From an uncultured Fibrobacterota bacterium (GTDB taxonomy: Bacteria > Fibrobacterota > Chitinivibrionia > Chitinivibrionales > FEN-1185), in contig CAVWBU010000018.1 of the NCBI GenBank assembly GCA_963753345.1, positions 32,001 to 96,000 of the forward strand: a stretch of DNA of 64,000 bases, in the 5' to 3' direction. The notes beneath the pieces were generated by a model, which saw nothing but the letters and a program-made list of their open reading frames with translations, did no database searches and had not been told where the DNA came from. Position numbers and translations under genes: made by a program. Each line of letters begins with the position of its first letter. The first letter of the stretch is position 1. This document shows positions 28,210 to 39,650 of this stretch, piece by piece.

Positions 28210-29667
28210 ATGAAACCTTCACGCCGCACCATTCACCAATCCGGATTTCCGCTTATCCTCATCCTGCTCTGCGCCGCAGCCGCGTCCGCCCAACAGTATA
28301 TCAGCCAGACCTACATCGACACGTCGATCCAGCGCGCATACTACAATCTCAACGCCGCGACCGACGTTTCGGGCATGGGCATGAAGCTCGAAGACGCCAT
28401 TGCGTCGGCGAAACAGATAGCGGTCCGGCTCAAGAACGTCGCGGCGGGCAACCCCAACGAGAAGTACATCCTGTCGAAGGTGAACGAGCTCGAAGGCCAG
28501 ATCTACCTTGAGGAAAGCGGCATGCTGCTCGAGAAAAACCGGAAGCGCCAGAAGCAGATCAACGACTTTGTCGGCCGGTTCAACGACGAGCTCGGAAAGC
28601 CGCGGCCGGATTTCTCGGTGCTCTCATCACTCTACAACCAGGCCATGTCCATCGACCGCGCAAAGGCGTACGATTTCGGCGTGTCGCTTGACAACAGGAA
28701 AACGAACATAACGCGCGAGGCGGCAGCGTCCTTCGACAAGGCGCTGTCCGCGGGCGATTTCGACAATGCGTGGCGGGAACTGGTCTACCTCAAGAACAAC
28801 AAGGACTACCTCGGCATCTCCATCAACCAGTACAGCCAGCTCGCGGCGAAGATACAGGCGAAGATAACGCTCGGCAACGAGCGGGAGTTCATCGTGCGCG
28901 ACGCGGACATCGTGGAACTGCTCACCAACAACCACTGCTTCATGGAGGCGCGCAACGCGCTCGAGGTGGTGGAAGACCGCGTCGCCTGCATCAAGAGCAT
29001 GGCGCGCAAGGTTGAATGGGACAAATTCTATTTCCGCAACAAGCGCCTGCGCGAGGCGCTGGAGCGCAAGGAAGACTCGCTGGTCCGGGTGAACCTCGTG
29101 ATGCTCAACGACCAGGGCGTCATTGCCGCGAGCGATTTTCTCGAACAGAGGCTCAAGAAATGCGGCGTGCGGCCGGAAAAAACCGCGAAGATCGAATTCG
29201 CAATCCTCGAGAAGGCCATGGGCGGCCGCAAGCTGCAGGACACGTCGGTGGGCAAGGAGCTTACTTCCGCCTCGACGGTGGCGGCGGCCGATACGTCGTC
29301 GCTGGTGAGCGACCTGATGAGCGCGGCGAAGAAGAAGGCACAGGCAAAGGCCGACAGCGCCAAGGCGGCGCAGGCAAGCGGCGTGCGGCTCACCTCAGCG
29401 GAGGAGCTGCGGCTCGCCAATATGCGCGTTTCCCAGGAGCAGAGGAAAAAACGCGACGAGGAAATGTTCAAGGAGAACAAGATCAAGGCCAACGACATCA
29501 TCATCAAGATTTACATATGGCTCGATCAGAAAGAAACCCAGAAGGCATACGACGAGTACACCGACCGCCAGGCATTTCTGGCGAGGAACGTGGCCACCAC
29601 GTCGTTCGCCGCGCTTGACTCGGCGGTAAACGCGGAATACGCAAAATTTAAGAAGAAGAAAAAGTAA
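28210..29667 (+). CDS. Secreted, predicted helical hypothetical protein
   Basis: Signal peptide ending ASA-Q, strong GC3 bias, Lys-rich C-terminus; no recognised domain. Confidence 0.8.
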   Translation: MKPSRRTIHQSGFPLILILLCAAAASAQQYISQTYIDTSIQRAYYNLNAATDVSGMGMKLEDAIASAKQIAVRLKNVAAGNPNEKYILSKVNELEGQIYLEESGMLLEKNRKRQKQINDFVGRFNDELGKPRPDFSVLSSLYNQAMSIDRAKAYDFGVSLDNRKTNITREAAASFDKALSAGDFDNAWRELVYLKNNKDYLGISINQYSQLAAKIQAKITLGNEREFIVRDADIVELLTNNHCFMEARNALEVVEDRVACIKSMARKVEWDKFYFRNKRLREALERKEDSLVRVNLVMLNDQGVIAASDFLEQRLKKCGVRPEKTAKIEFAILEKAMGGRKLQDTSVGKELTSASTVAAADTSSLVSDLMSAAKKKAQAKADSAKAAQASGVRLTSAEELRLANMRVSQEQRKKRDEEMFKENKIKANDIIIKIYIWLDQKETQKAYDEYTDRQAFLARNVATTSFAALDSAVNAEYAKFKKKKK

Positions 29668-29904
29668 GGACCGCGGGCGGCCTGTGTATTGATATAGTAT
29701 TTCCTGCCAATTGACTTCCACAATTAATACATGAAATAATTAAAATGCCTTTGGGAGCTTCGCGGGGTGCAGCGTTGTTGGGCCTGTGGCGAGACCGGAA
29801 CAACAGTTGCGCGCACCCTTGGAGCCGCAGTTGTGAAGCAAAAACATTATGTTCGTTCATGCCCGGAGTATTTTCGGATTGCTGATTGAAATAAACTGTC
29901 GCTT

Positions 29905-30048
29905 CTTGGTGCCCCCGCAGCAATGCTACTGGCTTGCCACTGCACTACCAAGGGGGCTACCCAAGAGGGGGCAGCGCAGGACCGGCGCGGAATAAGCTGT
30001 ACTTTGATAATATGAGCGCCGGGCCGGAGCGAGGGGGAAACTTCCCCC
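29905..30048 (+). repeat. Intergenic element copy 6 (module Y only)
   Basis: GGTGCCCCC...GGGGGCTACCCAAGAGGGGGCAGCGCAGGACC...GCGAGGGGGAAACTTCCCCC. Confidence 0.85.
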
Positions 30049-30075
30049 TTTAAATACTTGTATATTGTATTGTCT

Positions 30076-32883
30076 TTATTTTATCACCACCGCCCGTTTC
30101 ACCACGGCATTTTCTCCCGCCGCCGCGCATCGTACAAAGTAAACCCCGCTGGTTTTTACGTTGTTTGACCCGAAGAGGCCGAATGCGGCGTGCCATCCGG
30201 CAGATTGCCGCGACAACAAAACGCGTCCGACCGTTTTGCCGGTCGCGTTGATTGCCTCGAGTGACACGTCGCAAAGGCGGTCAATGTAGTATCGTACAAT
30301 TCCTCCGACGCATTCAACCTTGAGCCCGGACGGTTGCGCACTTGTCATGGCAGACGTCGCCGGGTGCGCCCGTGTCGTTCCGTCAAGCGAATACACCGCG
30401 AACGACGTGCTTCCGCTGCCGAGCCCCGGCGATGTTGCGGTGACCGTGACCGTTCCCGGGGTGAACATGGACCTCACCGCCACCTTGCACATGCCGCCTT
30501 CTGCGCGCAGCTCCGGGTCGAGCGGCGAGTGGTAGGAGAGCGGCTGGCCGACCGTGACATAGTTGTCCGAGCCGCCGCGGTAATTGCCCGGGCCCGAAAC
30601 CGAGAACGTGATGTTGTGGCTGTCAAGCGGGCACCAGACGCCGTGCGAATCGACCACCGTTGCCAGGATGAAGGCCGCGTCGGACCCGTTGGCCACGATC
30701 CTGAACGTGTCGCCGTCGGGTTTCACCAGCGCGGGCTCCACGCTCAGTGCAATGTGGTCGGCGATGCCCGCCGTTGTCCTCTGGTCCGTGCAGACCACGG
30801 TTCCGTTTGCGTCAAGTCCCTGGGCCACAAGCGTGCCGGCCGCCCAGGTGACGTCCCAGGAGCATTGGAACGGCAGCTGCGTGGTGGTTTCGGTGGCATC
30901 GGTGCCGGTCCCGGTCCAGGGGTTGGGCGTCTTTGTCCCCGCACTCACGCCGTTGATCAGCAGCTTTACACTCGGGCAATTGCTGAATGCGTTCACCCGC
31001 ACCGCGCCCGACCGGTTCCAATGGTGGGCGAGCGCGACCACCGGCTTTGTGGAAAGCGGCACCCAGGCCGCCTGGTAAGCGTAGTACAGAAGTTTGGGAA
31101 TGCGGTTGAAATCAACCATGGAACAGCCGAACGACCGGACATTGAAGGTGCCGGGGGGCATTTCGAGATACGTCCCCGATTCCCCCACGGTCTCGGCGAA
31201 ATACCATTGACAAAGTCCAAAACAGTTGTCCTGCCTGCTTTTCACCCAGTTGGGGAGGTATGCCGCCACATAGGCGATCTGGTAGTCGTAGGCGAAGCGG
31301 GCGGACATGCCGGTGGCGTTCCACGCCTCCGCGCCGAAGGCGGGCATGGTGGGACAGGCGCTCTTGATTCCCATTTCGCAGCCGCTTGCGGTGCAGGAAT
31401 GGATATCGCCGTTTGCGCAGGTGGACGTCCGGTCGGCCTGCGCCCTGGTGTGGACCGGGTCCCATTGCGCCGAAAGCGCCTTGAGCGTCTGGGCGAGGCC
31501 CGCGCTGATGCCGCCGTTGTCCACCTCGTAGGCGAGTATCGAGGGATCATTTCTGTCCCTGATGACCATGTCGCGGTGTATTTCAGCCTTCAGAATCCCT
31601 TTCGGGTCTGTCGGGGCCACGCCGGTAAAGGCGCCCTCGGCGTCGCCGGTCGGCTGGACGATCATGATGCCGTAAGCGTCGCACGCATGAACGAATTCGC
31701 TGCTGCACGTGGAATGGCCGGGACGCCACAGGTTGCACCCCACAGCGGCGGCCAGTTTCGCGTCGCGCCACTGCTGTTCCTCGGGGACTGCGGTCCCGAG
31801 AGCGGGATAATCGTACCGTGAACTGGCGCCCCACAGAAAGTGCTGGTGGCTGTTGAAATAGGGGAAATTATTGTCCCAGGTGAGCACGCGGATGCCCAGC
31901 GGGCTGGTAAAAACATCGACCGTTGTTCCGCCCACCTTTACAATATGGTATACCTTGTACAGGTACGGCGTGCCGAAGGCGCTGTTGTTCGGGTACCACA
32001 GGTGCGGGTTGGCGATGTCGCCGGTCTGATTGAACACATACGCCTGGCCGGCCGCAATGGTTTGCTGCGTTCCCGGCAGATCGAGCGCCACGTTGCCGGC
32101 GGCGTCCACCACCTTGACGTCAAGCGACACATTTTGTGAAGATGCGCCGTCGTTGCGGACGTTCGTCTGGATGTTGACTGTTGCCGAGGCGTCGGTGGCG
32201 GTCACCGCCGCGGTATAGGTGCCCCACTGGTTGAGCACCGAATACACGTTGAGCGGCACATGGACATTGTCGGTGATGTGCATCCACACGGGGCGAAACA
32301 GTCCGCCGTCGGACTGGCCGAACCGGAAGCCCTCGGCAAACCCGGGGTCGTTGTAAAAGCCGCCGCTCTTGCCCACACGCACGGCAAGGACATTGTCCGT
32401 TCCTCCGAAATTCACGTACGGGGTGAGATCGACCACAAACCCGATAAACCCGATCACATGGGTGGCATTCGGGTTGACCGCGCTGTTTCCGGGAATGAGC
32501 GTGCCGTTGATATACACCTGACAGCCCACGTGCGCGCCTTCGAATTCAACAAAGACCTTTCTCGCGGCGTAGGCCGCATCGAGCGTGAAATGCTTTCTGT
32601 ACCAGACCGTGCCGGGCATCACCGTGCCGTCGTTGCCGCCCATTGACATGTTGAGAAACGTGCCGGTGTCGTCGTAGGTGTGGGGGATGCCCACGTCTTT
32701 CCACGAGGCGTCGCCGAGCGTGGTGCTCTGGCCGCCGATCACGTCGGTTTTTGTGAATTTCCAGGGCGTCTGGCCGAGGTTGATGGTTACTCTATTGCTC
32801 GGCTCGCCGGTGTAGGTTTGGGCAAGGCATGATGCCGCCGATAGGAGAGCTGCAAGGATGAGGATGAAGGTTTTGTTTGGCAT
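30076..32883 (-). CDS. Glycoside hydrolase family 2 (DUF4982-type) with T9SS-CTD-like C-terminus, paralog 1
   Basis: WYRKHF, VEFEGA, GGLFRPVW, RDRNDPSI, HHWN, FSNCPSVKL; signal peptide. Confidence 0.88.
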   Translation of the reverse strand: MPNKTFILILAALLSAASCLAQTYTGEPSNRVTINLGQTPWKFTKTDVIGGQSTTLGDASWKDVGIPHTYDDTGTFLNMSMGGNDGTVMPGTVWYRKHFTLDAAYAARKVFVEFEGAHVGCQVYINGTLIPGNSAVNPNATHVIGFIGFVVDLTPYVNFGGTDNVLAVRVGKSGGFYNDPGFAEGFRFGQSDGGLFRPVWMHITDNVHVPLNVYSVLNQWGTYTAAVTATDASATVNIQTNVRNDGASSQNVSLDVKVVDAAGNVALDLPGTQQTIAAGQAYVFNQTGDIANPHLWYPNNSAFGTPYLYKVYHIVKVGGTTVDVFTSPLGIRVLTWDNNFPYFNSHQHFLWGASSRYDYPALGTAVPEEQQWRDAKLAAAVGCNLWRPGHSTCSSEFVHACDAYGIMIVQPTGDAEGAFTGVAPTDPKGILKAEIHRDMVIRDRNDPSILAYEVDNGGISAGLAQTLKALSAQWDPVHTRAQADRTSTCANGDIHSCTASGCEMGIKSACPTMPAFGAEAWNATGMSARFAYDYQIAYVAAYLPNWVKSRQDNCFGLCQWYFAETVGESGTYLEMPPGTFNVRSFGCSMVDFNRIPKLLYYAYQAAWVPLSTKPVVALAHHWNRSGAVRVNAFSNCPSVKLLINGVSAGTKTPNPWTGTGTDATETTTQLPFQCSWDVTWAAGTLVAQGLDANGTVVCTDQRTTAGIADHIALSVEPALVKPDGDTFRIVANGSDAAFILATVVDSHGVWCPLDSHNITFSVSGPGNYRGGSDNYVTVGQPLSYHSPLDPELRAEGGMCKVAVRSMFTPGTVTVTATSPGLGSGSTSFAVYSLDGTTRAHPATSAMTSAQPSGLKVECVGGIVRYYIDRLCDVSLEAINATGKTVGRVLLSRQSAGWHAAFGLFGSNNVKTSGVYFVRCAAAGENAVVKRAVVIK

Positions 32884-32939
32884 GTGGGGTCCTTGAATTA
32901 AGGTTATCTGAAACAGTAATTGATTAACGATAAGAGAAA

Positions 32940-33489
32940 TTGGGCGTTCCCCTCGTCTTCGTCAAGACTCAGGCTCGGGTCGGCCGTCCTTCCGGTCTCG
33001 GCCGCAGGCCTCGGGCCGCCTCGGCCCTATGGCCCACAGGGCCGGGTCCGGGCGGCATCCCGCTCTGGCGCGGACCTCCAGTCCGGCCTAACGCGCGCAA
33101 ACCGTTATTGTCATCAGTCAATTTATTCTCGCGCCAATCGGAATGCTCAAGACCGTCGCCTCACCCCGGCCGCCATGGCGGCCACCCCTCTCCACAAGTG
33201 GAGAGGGGAATACAATCAGCATTTTGGACTCCCTTCTCCACGCTGTGGAGAAGGGCTGGGGATGAGGCGAAACGATTGCGCGACCAATCGGCTCCTCAAC
33301 TTTTCAACTATTCAACTTCTTCTTCTCAACTCCTTGGCGTTTCAACTATTCAACGTTTCAACTTTTCAACTATACTCCTTGGGTGCCCCCGCACAGGTGT
33401 CTGGTTCTGCCACTGCTTCCACTTGGGGTGCACCCAGGAGGGGGTAGCGGAGGACCGCAGGGCCGCAGCGAGGGGGATGCTTCCCCCGC
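32940..33489 (+). repeat. Bipartite structured intergenic element, copy 7 (full)
   Basis: TTGGGCGTTCCCC...GGCCTAACGCG, nested CCCTCTCC palindromes, TTCAAC repeats 33295-33371, end GGGGGATGCTTCCCCC. Confidence 0.9.
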
Positions 33490-33503
33490 ACAAATATTAT
33501 TAT

Positions 33504-36290
33504 TATCTAGCAATCACCACCCTTTTCACCATCTCCTGTCCGTCAACTAACGCATCTGACAACATATACGCCGTTGGCAAGCAATGACCTCAGGCCAACA
33601 ATAGGATGCCATCCTTCCGCCTGCAAGGACCTCGGAACACGCGCAACAATTCTTCCGCCCGCATCCACAACGTCAACCGACACTTTTGCCGCTCCGCTCA
33701 GATAATATTGTACCATCGCTCCAGTCTGTCTGATCCTGAAATCGAGTGCGGCGCGATGTGCGCCTTGTGGGGCAGGTAACAATACAGACACGGTGGGCGG
33801 CGGCGGCACGGGATACACGGTAAACGAGGTTGTTCCCTGGCCCAGCCCTGCCGAGGTCGCGGTGACGTTTACCGTGCCGGCGGTGAATGTGGAGCGGACG
33901 GCCACCTTGCACATGCCGCCTTCGGCCGAAAGGTTCGGGTCGCCGGGCGCATGATAATTCGCGCCGCCGGGGCCGATCATCTGATCGGCGCCTCCCCGGT
34001 AATTTCCCGGACCGCTAACGCTGAAAGTAATTACGTGGCTGTCCGTGGGGCACCAGGTGCCGTTTGCGTCCACCACCGTTGCGAGAATGAATGCCGCGTC
34101 CGTTGCATTGGCCGTGATCTTGAAGGTGTCGCCGGTGGCCGGATTCACGACCGGCGCGGCGACGGAAAGGGCAATGTGGTCAGGGGCGCCGGCGGTGACT
34201 TTCTGGTCGGAACACACGACGTTTCCATTGGCGTCCAAACCCTGGGCCGTAACTGTGCCTGTCTGCCAGGTTACGTTCCATGTACATTGATGCGCAAAAA
34301 GCGCGTTGGCGTTGCCCGTGTCCGGATACGGCGCTTGATCGTTGCCCTGTTTGACCCCGTTGACAAGCAGTCGCACCGTGGGGCAGTTGGAAAACGCGTT
34401 GACCGTGATCGCACCCGTTCGGTTCCAGTGGTGCGCGAGCGACACCACCGGCCGCACCGAATACGGCAGCCAGCACGCCTGGTATATTTTGTAAAGCATT
34501 TTCGGGATGCGGTTCCAGTCCATCATCGAACAGGCGAAATTCCTGCCCGTGCCGCTTTCGCCGGGCGATTCGGCCATGTACCACTGGCACATGCCGAAGG
34601 CCTTCACATACTTGCCGTATTTCCAGTTCTGCATGTAGACCTGGGCGAAATTGAGCTCGCCGTCGTAATCGAACCGGACTCCTTTGGTGTAGAACCCTTC
34701 GGCCCCGAAGGCGGGTTTGGTGGGCGCGATGCAGCAATGGAGGCCTCCCTCGCATCCGTCAAGAGAACAGGCTATCACCTGGTCCACCGCCATGTCGGAC
34801 TGGTCGTTGCCGCGGTCCTCCTGCGCGCGGGGCATGAGCGAGTCCCATTTGACCACCGTATCCCTGAGCGTCACATCGAACGCATGGTCGATGGGCGCGT
34901 TGCTGCATTCCCAGAGAAGGATGCTTGGATCGTTCCGGTCCCGCACGATCATGTCGCGATGGCATTCGCTCTTGAGCGCCTCGTTGAGCGAATCGGCGTG
35001 CGGCGTGCCGAGCGCCAGGTTTGCGGTCATGAACGAGCCTTCGTCGTCGCCGCTCGGCTGGGCGATCATGACGCCGAATGCGTCGCATGCTTCCACGAAT
35101 TCGTGCGAGCAGGTGGAATGGCCGGGCCGCCACAATCGTCCGCCGCAATCGGCGAGTGTCTTGACATCGCGCCACTGCTGTTCCTCCGGAACCGCGGTCC
35201 CCAGCGCGGGGTAGTCGTATCGGCCGGCCGCGCCCCAGAGATAATGGGGATGACCGTTAACAATGGGAAAATCGGTGTCCCACGTGAGGGTCCGGATGCC
35301 GAGCGGGCTGGTGAAAACGTCGACCGTCTTCCCGCCCACCTTTACAATGTGATACACTTTGTAGAGATACGGCCTGCCGTAGATGCTCGCATTGGGATAC
35401 CACAGGTGCGGGGTGTTTATGGTTGCCGTCTGGTCGAACACGTAGCACGCGCCTGCGTTGACGACATGGGAATCATCGGCGGACCACACCACGGTGCCGG
35501 CCGAATCCACCACCTTGGTGGTGAGGGCAACGGTGACGCCGCCGGCGTTTTCGTTCTGGACGTTGGTAAGGACCCGCACCGTGGCCGACGCATCCGAGGC
35601 CGCCGTCGTCGCCACGCACGTGCCCCAGTTATTGACAACGGAGAACACGTTGAGGGGAATGTGCACCTTGTCGGTCACGTGCATCCACACGGGCCTAAAC
35701 AGTCCGCCGTCGCCCTGGCCGAACCGGAAGTCGTTCGAAAAACTCGGATAGGTGAACCAGGCCGAGCTGGTGGCCACGCGGACCGCCAGAACATTGTCGC
35801 TGCCGTCGAGCTTGACATACTGGGTGATGTCCACCACGAACGGCAAAAAACCGATCACGTGCGTGGCCTGCGGGTTTACCGTGCTGTTGCCCGGAATAAA
35901 CGTTCCGTTGATGTACACCTGCGCGCCGACGTGCGCGCCTTCGAACTCGATAAAGATCTTCTTCCCCGAGTACCCGTTGTCCAAGGTGAAATGCTTACGG
36001 TACCAGCCGGTTATCCCCAAAAGCGCGCCTGCGTTCCCGCCTGCGTCCATGTTGAGGAAGGTGTTCATGTCGTTCCAGGTGTGCGGGATTCCGACCGTGC
36101 TCCACGCTGCGTCGCTGAAGGTCGTTCCCTGTGCGCCGATCGGATCGGACTGGATGAATTTCCACGGGGTGGCGCCGAGGTTGATTTTTGCGCGGTTGCT
36201 CGGTTCACCGTTGTAGTTTTGCGCAAGCGTTGCTGCGGAGAAAACGGTCAGGGTTATGATAAGTGAAATGACAGAGGTCGTTGATCGCAT
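33504..36290 (-). CDS. Glycoside hydrolase family 2, paralog 2; C-terminal tail frameshifted near 33548
   Basis: Same motifs as paralog 1. The ORF stops at 33543, but the adjacent frame reads VDGQEMVKRVVIAR-stop, matching the paralog tails. Confidence 0.87.
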
Positions 36291-36363
36291 GGTTCCCCCC
36301 TTTTTTACTGATTAAAAACTATGCGTGCTGCGCACTGAGATGTGTCGATGGTTGCTCTGCTCC

Positions 36364-36474
36364 AACCTCATCCCCCGGCCCCTTCTCCCGCAGGAGAAGG
36401 GGAGTAAGACGACCAAACTGAAATTCCCCTCTCCCTGTGGGAGAGGGGTGGCCGCGTCAGCGGCCGGGGTGAGG
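36364..36474. repeat. Paired CCCTCTCCC-type REP-like palindromes
   Basis: CCTCATCCCCCGGCCCTTCTCCCGCAGGAGAAGGG and CCCTCTCCCTGTGGGAGAGGGG...GGGGTGAGG; relatives are nested in element copies 3, 4, 5 and 7. Confidence 0.75.
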
Positions 36475-36508
36475 TTACACGAAATCGAAGGTCACTCCCT
36501 TTGCCGCA

Positions 36509-39316
36509 TCATCTCATCATCATAACCCGCTTCACATACCAGTCCTGCCCATTCACCGTGCAGCGGATAAGGTACACGCCGTTGCTCATCGCGTTGCCAC
36601 CCGCCGCACCAGCCCTGAGAGGAATCGCATGCCACCCGCTTTGTTGCTGGGCGTTCGGAACCCGGCACACGACCCTTCCGCTTGCGTCAAGAATGTCAAC
36701 GCTGACAAACGCTTTTTCAGTCATATAATATCTCACCATACCTCCTGTCATGGAGATGGCAAGCTTCGGCATTGACAAAGGCGCAACGGCGCGGACCGGC
36801 GCGTACGTTGCAACAGTGTCGCTGAAAGGATACACGGTGAACGACGTTGCCGCGGCCGCCCCCAGTCCCGGCGATGTCGCGCTCACGGTCACAACACCGG
36901 GAGTAAACGTTGCGCGCACCGCCACCTTGCACTTGCCGCCTTCGGCGGCAAGCTCGGGATCCATTGGGGAATGATAATAAAGCGGCATTCCGGTGGTGAC
37001 AAACTGGTCGCTGCCGCCGCGATAGCTGCCTGCCGCGCCGGAAACGCTGAAGGTGACAAAATGGCTGTCGGTCGGGCACCAGTTGCCGTTGGCATCAACC
37101 ACGGTCGCAAGAATAAAGGCGGCGTCCGAGCCATCGGCCATGATCTTGAACGTTTCGCCGTCCGGCTTCACCAGCGGCGGTTCAACGCTCAGAACAATGT
37201 GATCCGGAGCTCCGGCGGTGACTTTCTGGTCGGAGCACACCACGTTTCCGTTTGCGTCAAGGCCCTGGGCCGTCACCGTGCCGGCCGCCCAGGTAACGTC
37301 CCAGTAACACTCGAACGGAAGCTGCGTGGATGCGGCGTCGTTGGCGTCGCCGGTGCCGGTCCACGGGTTGGGCGTCTTGACACCCTGGCTGACGCCATTC
37401 ACCAGCAGCTTGACGCTCGGGCAGTTGCTGAACGCAAACTCCCGCACCGAACCCGAGCGGTTCCAGTGATGGGAAAGCGCGACAACCGGTTCGAGCGAAT
37501 AGGGCCTCCAGCAGGCCTTGTAGGCGTAGTACAGGAATTTCGGGATCCGGCTGAAATCGACCATGGACGATCCGAATGAGCGGCAGGGCGACTTGCCGTC
37601 TGCAAACGCCCTGTCCTCTCCCGGCGTTTCGGAGAAATACCATTGACAAAGGCCGAAGCAGTTCGCCTGGATGCTCTTGCGCCAGTTCTGGAGGAATTCC
37701 GCGGCATGATAGATTTCCCAGTCGTAGGCCGCCCGCTCCGAAGCACGGCCCCACGCCTCGGCGCCAAAAGCCGGGAGTTGCGGCTGTTGGCTATGCACTC
37801 CTATTTCACATCCGGTAAGGGTGCACGAGGCAATGTCGAGCGGCGACCACGGGGACCCGCGCACATTCTGCCTGCGGGGAGCAAGAGAGTCCCATGTTGT
37901 GCCGATGGCCCGTAACTGGTCGCACAACGTCGGATCGCAGGCGCCGTTGGACGTCTCCCAGGCAAGGATCGACGGATTGTTCCTGTCGCGAATCACCATG
38001 TCCCTGTGGACTTCCTGCTTGAGTCCCGCTTGATACGCAGAATAGTTGCCGGTGGCCCAGTTGTTTTCGCCGTCGCCGCTCGGCTGAATTATCATGACGC
38101 CGTACGCGTCGCATGCCGCAACAAAAACAGGGCCTTCCGCGGAATGTCCCGGCCGCCACAGGTTGCCGCCGCACCCGGCGGTCAGCTTGATGTCGCGCCA
38201 CACCTGTTCGGCGGGTATGGCGGTGCCGAGGGCCGGATAATCGTATCTGCCGGAAGCGCCCCAGAGAAGGTGCTTGTGGCCGTTGATATAGGGGAAATTC
38301 TGGTCCCAGGTGATGGTGCGGATCCCCAGCGGCGTTTCAAAAACGTCAAGCGTGGTCGCCCCGGCTTTCACAATATGATACACCTTGTACATCTTCGGCG
38401 TGCCGAACGTGCTGTTGTTGGGATACCACAGTTGCACCGGCGACGCGTCGCCCTTCTGGTCGAACACGAAGTTCGCGCCAGCGGCCACGGTCTGCGCCTG
38501 GTCCATGGACAACACCACGCTGTTGTTCGACGGATCAACCACTTTTGTGGTGAGAGAAACGGTCTGGCTTGCAGCGCTTTCGTTCTGAACGTTGGTCAGG
38601 ATCCGCAACGTGGCCGAGGTGCCGTTTGTCGCAAGGGTGGCCGCATAGGTTCCCCATTGGTTGACAACTGAAAAGACATTGGCCGGCACATGAACCTTGT
38701 CGGTGATATGCATCCACACCGGCCGGTAAATGCCCTGATCGGCCGAGCCGAACCGGAACACCAGAGAGAAGCCCGGCCAGGTGAGGAATGCGCTCTGGCC
38801 CACCCGGACGGCAAGGACATTGTCTGCGCCGCCGAAATTCAAATTGTAACCGGTGAGGTCCACAATAAAGCCGATAAATCCCAGCACATGCGTTGCCTGG
38901 GGATTGTAGGCGCTGTTTCCCGGAATGAGCGTGCCGTTGCAGTACACCTGACATCCCACGTGCACGCCTTCGAATTCGACGAAAATTTTTCTCCCCGAAT
39001 AGTTGTTGTCCAGCGTAAAGTGCTTCCGGTACCAGCAGGTGCCTTCGAACATCGAGCCGTCGCCGCCGCCGCTGATCTGGTTTTCGAAGGTGTCGGTGTC
39101 GTTCCACGTGTGGGGAATCCCGACGTTTTTCCATCCGGCGTCGTTAAACGCGACGGCCTGGGCGCCCGCGGGGTCGGACCGCTGGAATTTCCACGGCGTG
39201 GCGCCGAAATTGATTTTGACGCGGTTGCTTTGCTCAGGAACGTAGGTTTCGGCAAAACACACCGCCGTCACCAGGATCGCCATCAAAAGCGGGGTTGTAA
39301 AAAGTTGTGTGCGCAC
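36509..39316 (-). CDS. Glycoside hydrolase family 2 with T9SS-CTD-like C-terminus, paralog 3
   Basis: Same motifs; GTG start after AAGGAGGG. Confidence 0.88.
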   Translation of the reverse strand: MRTQLFTTPLLMAILVTAVCFAETYVPEQSNRVKINFGATPWKFQRSDPAGAQAVAFNDAGWKNVGIPHTWNDTDTFENQISGGGDGSMFEGTCWYRKHFTLDNNYSGRKIFVEFEGVHVGCQVYCNGTLIPGNSAYNPQATHVLGFIGFIVDLTGYNLNFGGADNVLAVRVGQSAFLTWPGFSLVFRFGSADQGIYRPVWMHITDKVHVPANVFSVVNQWGTYAATLATNGTSATLRILTNVQNESAASQTVSLTTKVVDPSNNSVVLSMDQAQTVAAGANFVFDQKGDASPVQLWYPNNSTFGTPKMYKVYHIVKAGATTLDVFETPLGIRTITWDQNFPYINGHKHLLWGASGRYDYPALGTAIPAEQVWRDIKLTAGCGGNLWRPGHSAEGPVFVAACDAYGVMIIQPSGDGENNWATGNYSAYQAGLKQEVHRDMVIRDRNNPSILAWETSNGACDPTLCDQLRAIGTTWDSLAPRRQNVRGSPWSPLDIASCTLTGCEIGVHSQQPQLPAFGAEAWGRASERAAYDWEIYHAAEFLQNWRKSIQANCFGLCQWYFSETPGEDRAFADGKSPCRSFGSSMVDFSRIPKFLYYAYKACWRPYSLEPVVALSHHWNRSGSVREFAFSNCPSVKLLVNGVSQGVKTPNPWTGTGDANDAASTQLPFECYWDVTWAAGTVTAQGLDANGNVVCSDQKVTAGAPDHIVLSVEPPLVKPDGETFKIMADGSDAAFILATVVDANGNWCPTDSHFVTFSVSGAAGSYRGGSDQFVTTGMPLYYHSPMDPELAAEGGKCKVAVRATFTPGVVTVSATSPGLGAAAATSFTVYPFSDTVATYAPVRAVAPLSMPKLAISMTGGMVRYYMTEKAFVSVDILDASGRVVCRVPNAQQQSGWHAIPLRAGAAGGNAMSNGVYLIRCTVNGQDWYVKRVMMMR

Positions 39317-39650
39317 GCGAAGTCCCTCCTTGTTTTTGTTGACAGCCGCAATTCATTTTTTCGCCGTATGATAATATAACGGCACGGGCTTCCCTGCGAC
39401 TCGGAATTGTGCGAGCCGGTGCATTGTTCGTTACATGTTTGTGTAACGGATAATACGGTATCTGCCATCATTTTCCGCCGGGAAAGACCCTGCATGTTTA
39501 TATTATTGAACATCGATGATTGATTTCGCCAAAGTCAATCAAGCCCGGTTGCGCATGGCCTTACTCGCTTGCCGACGAGATCATCAACCTTGACGGAAAG
39601 GTTTATTTGCTGATCGACACGGGTGTGCCGGTCGGAACGATTGAGGACCT

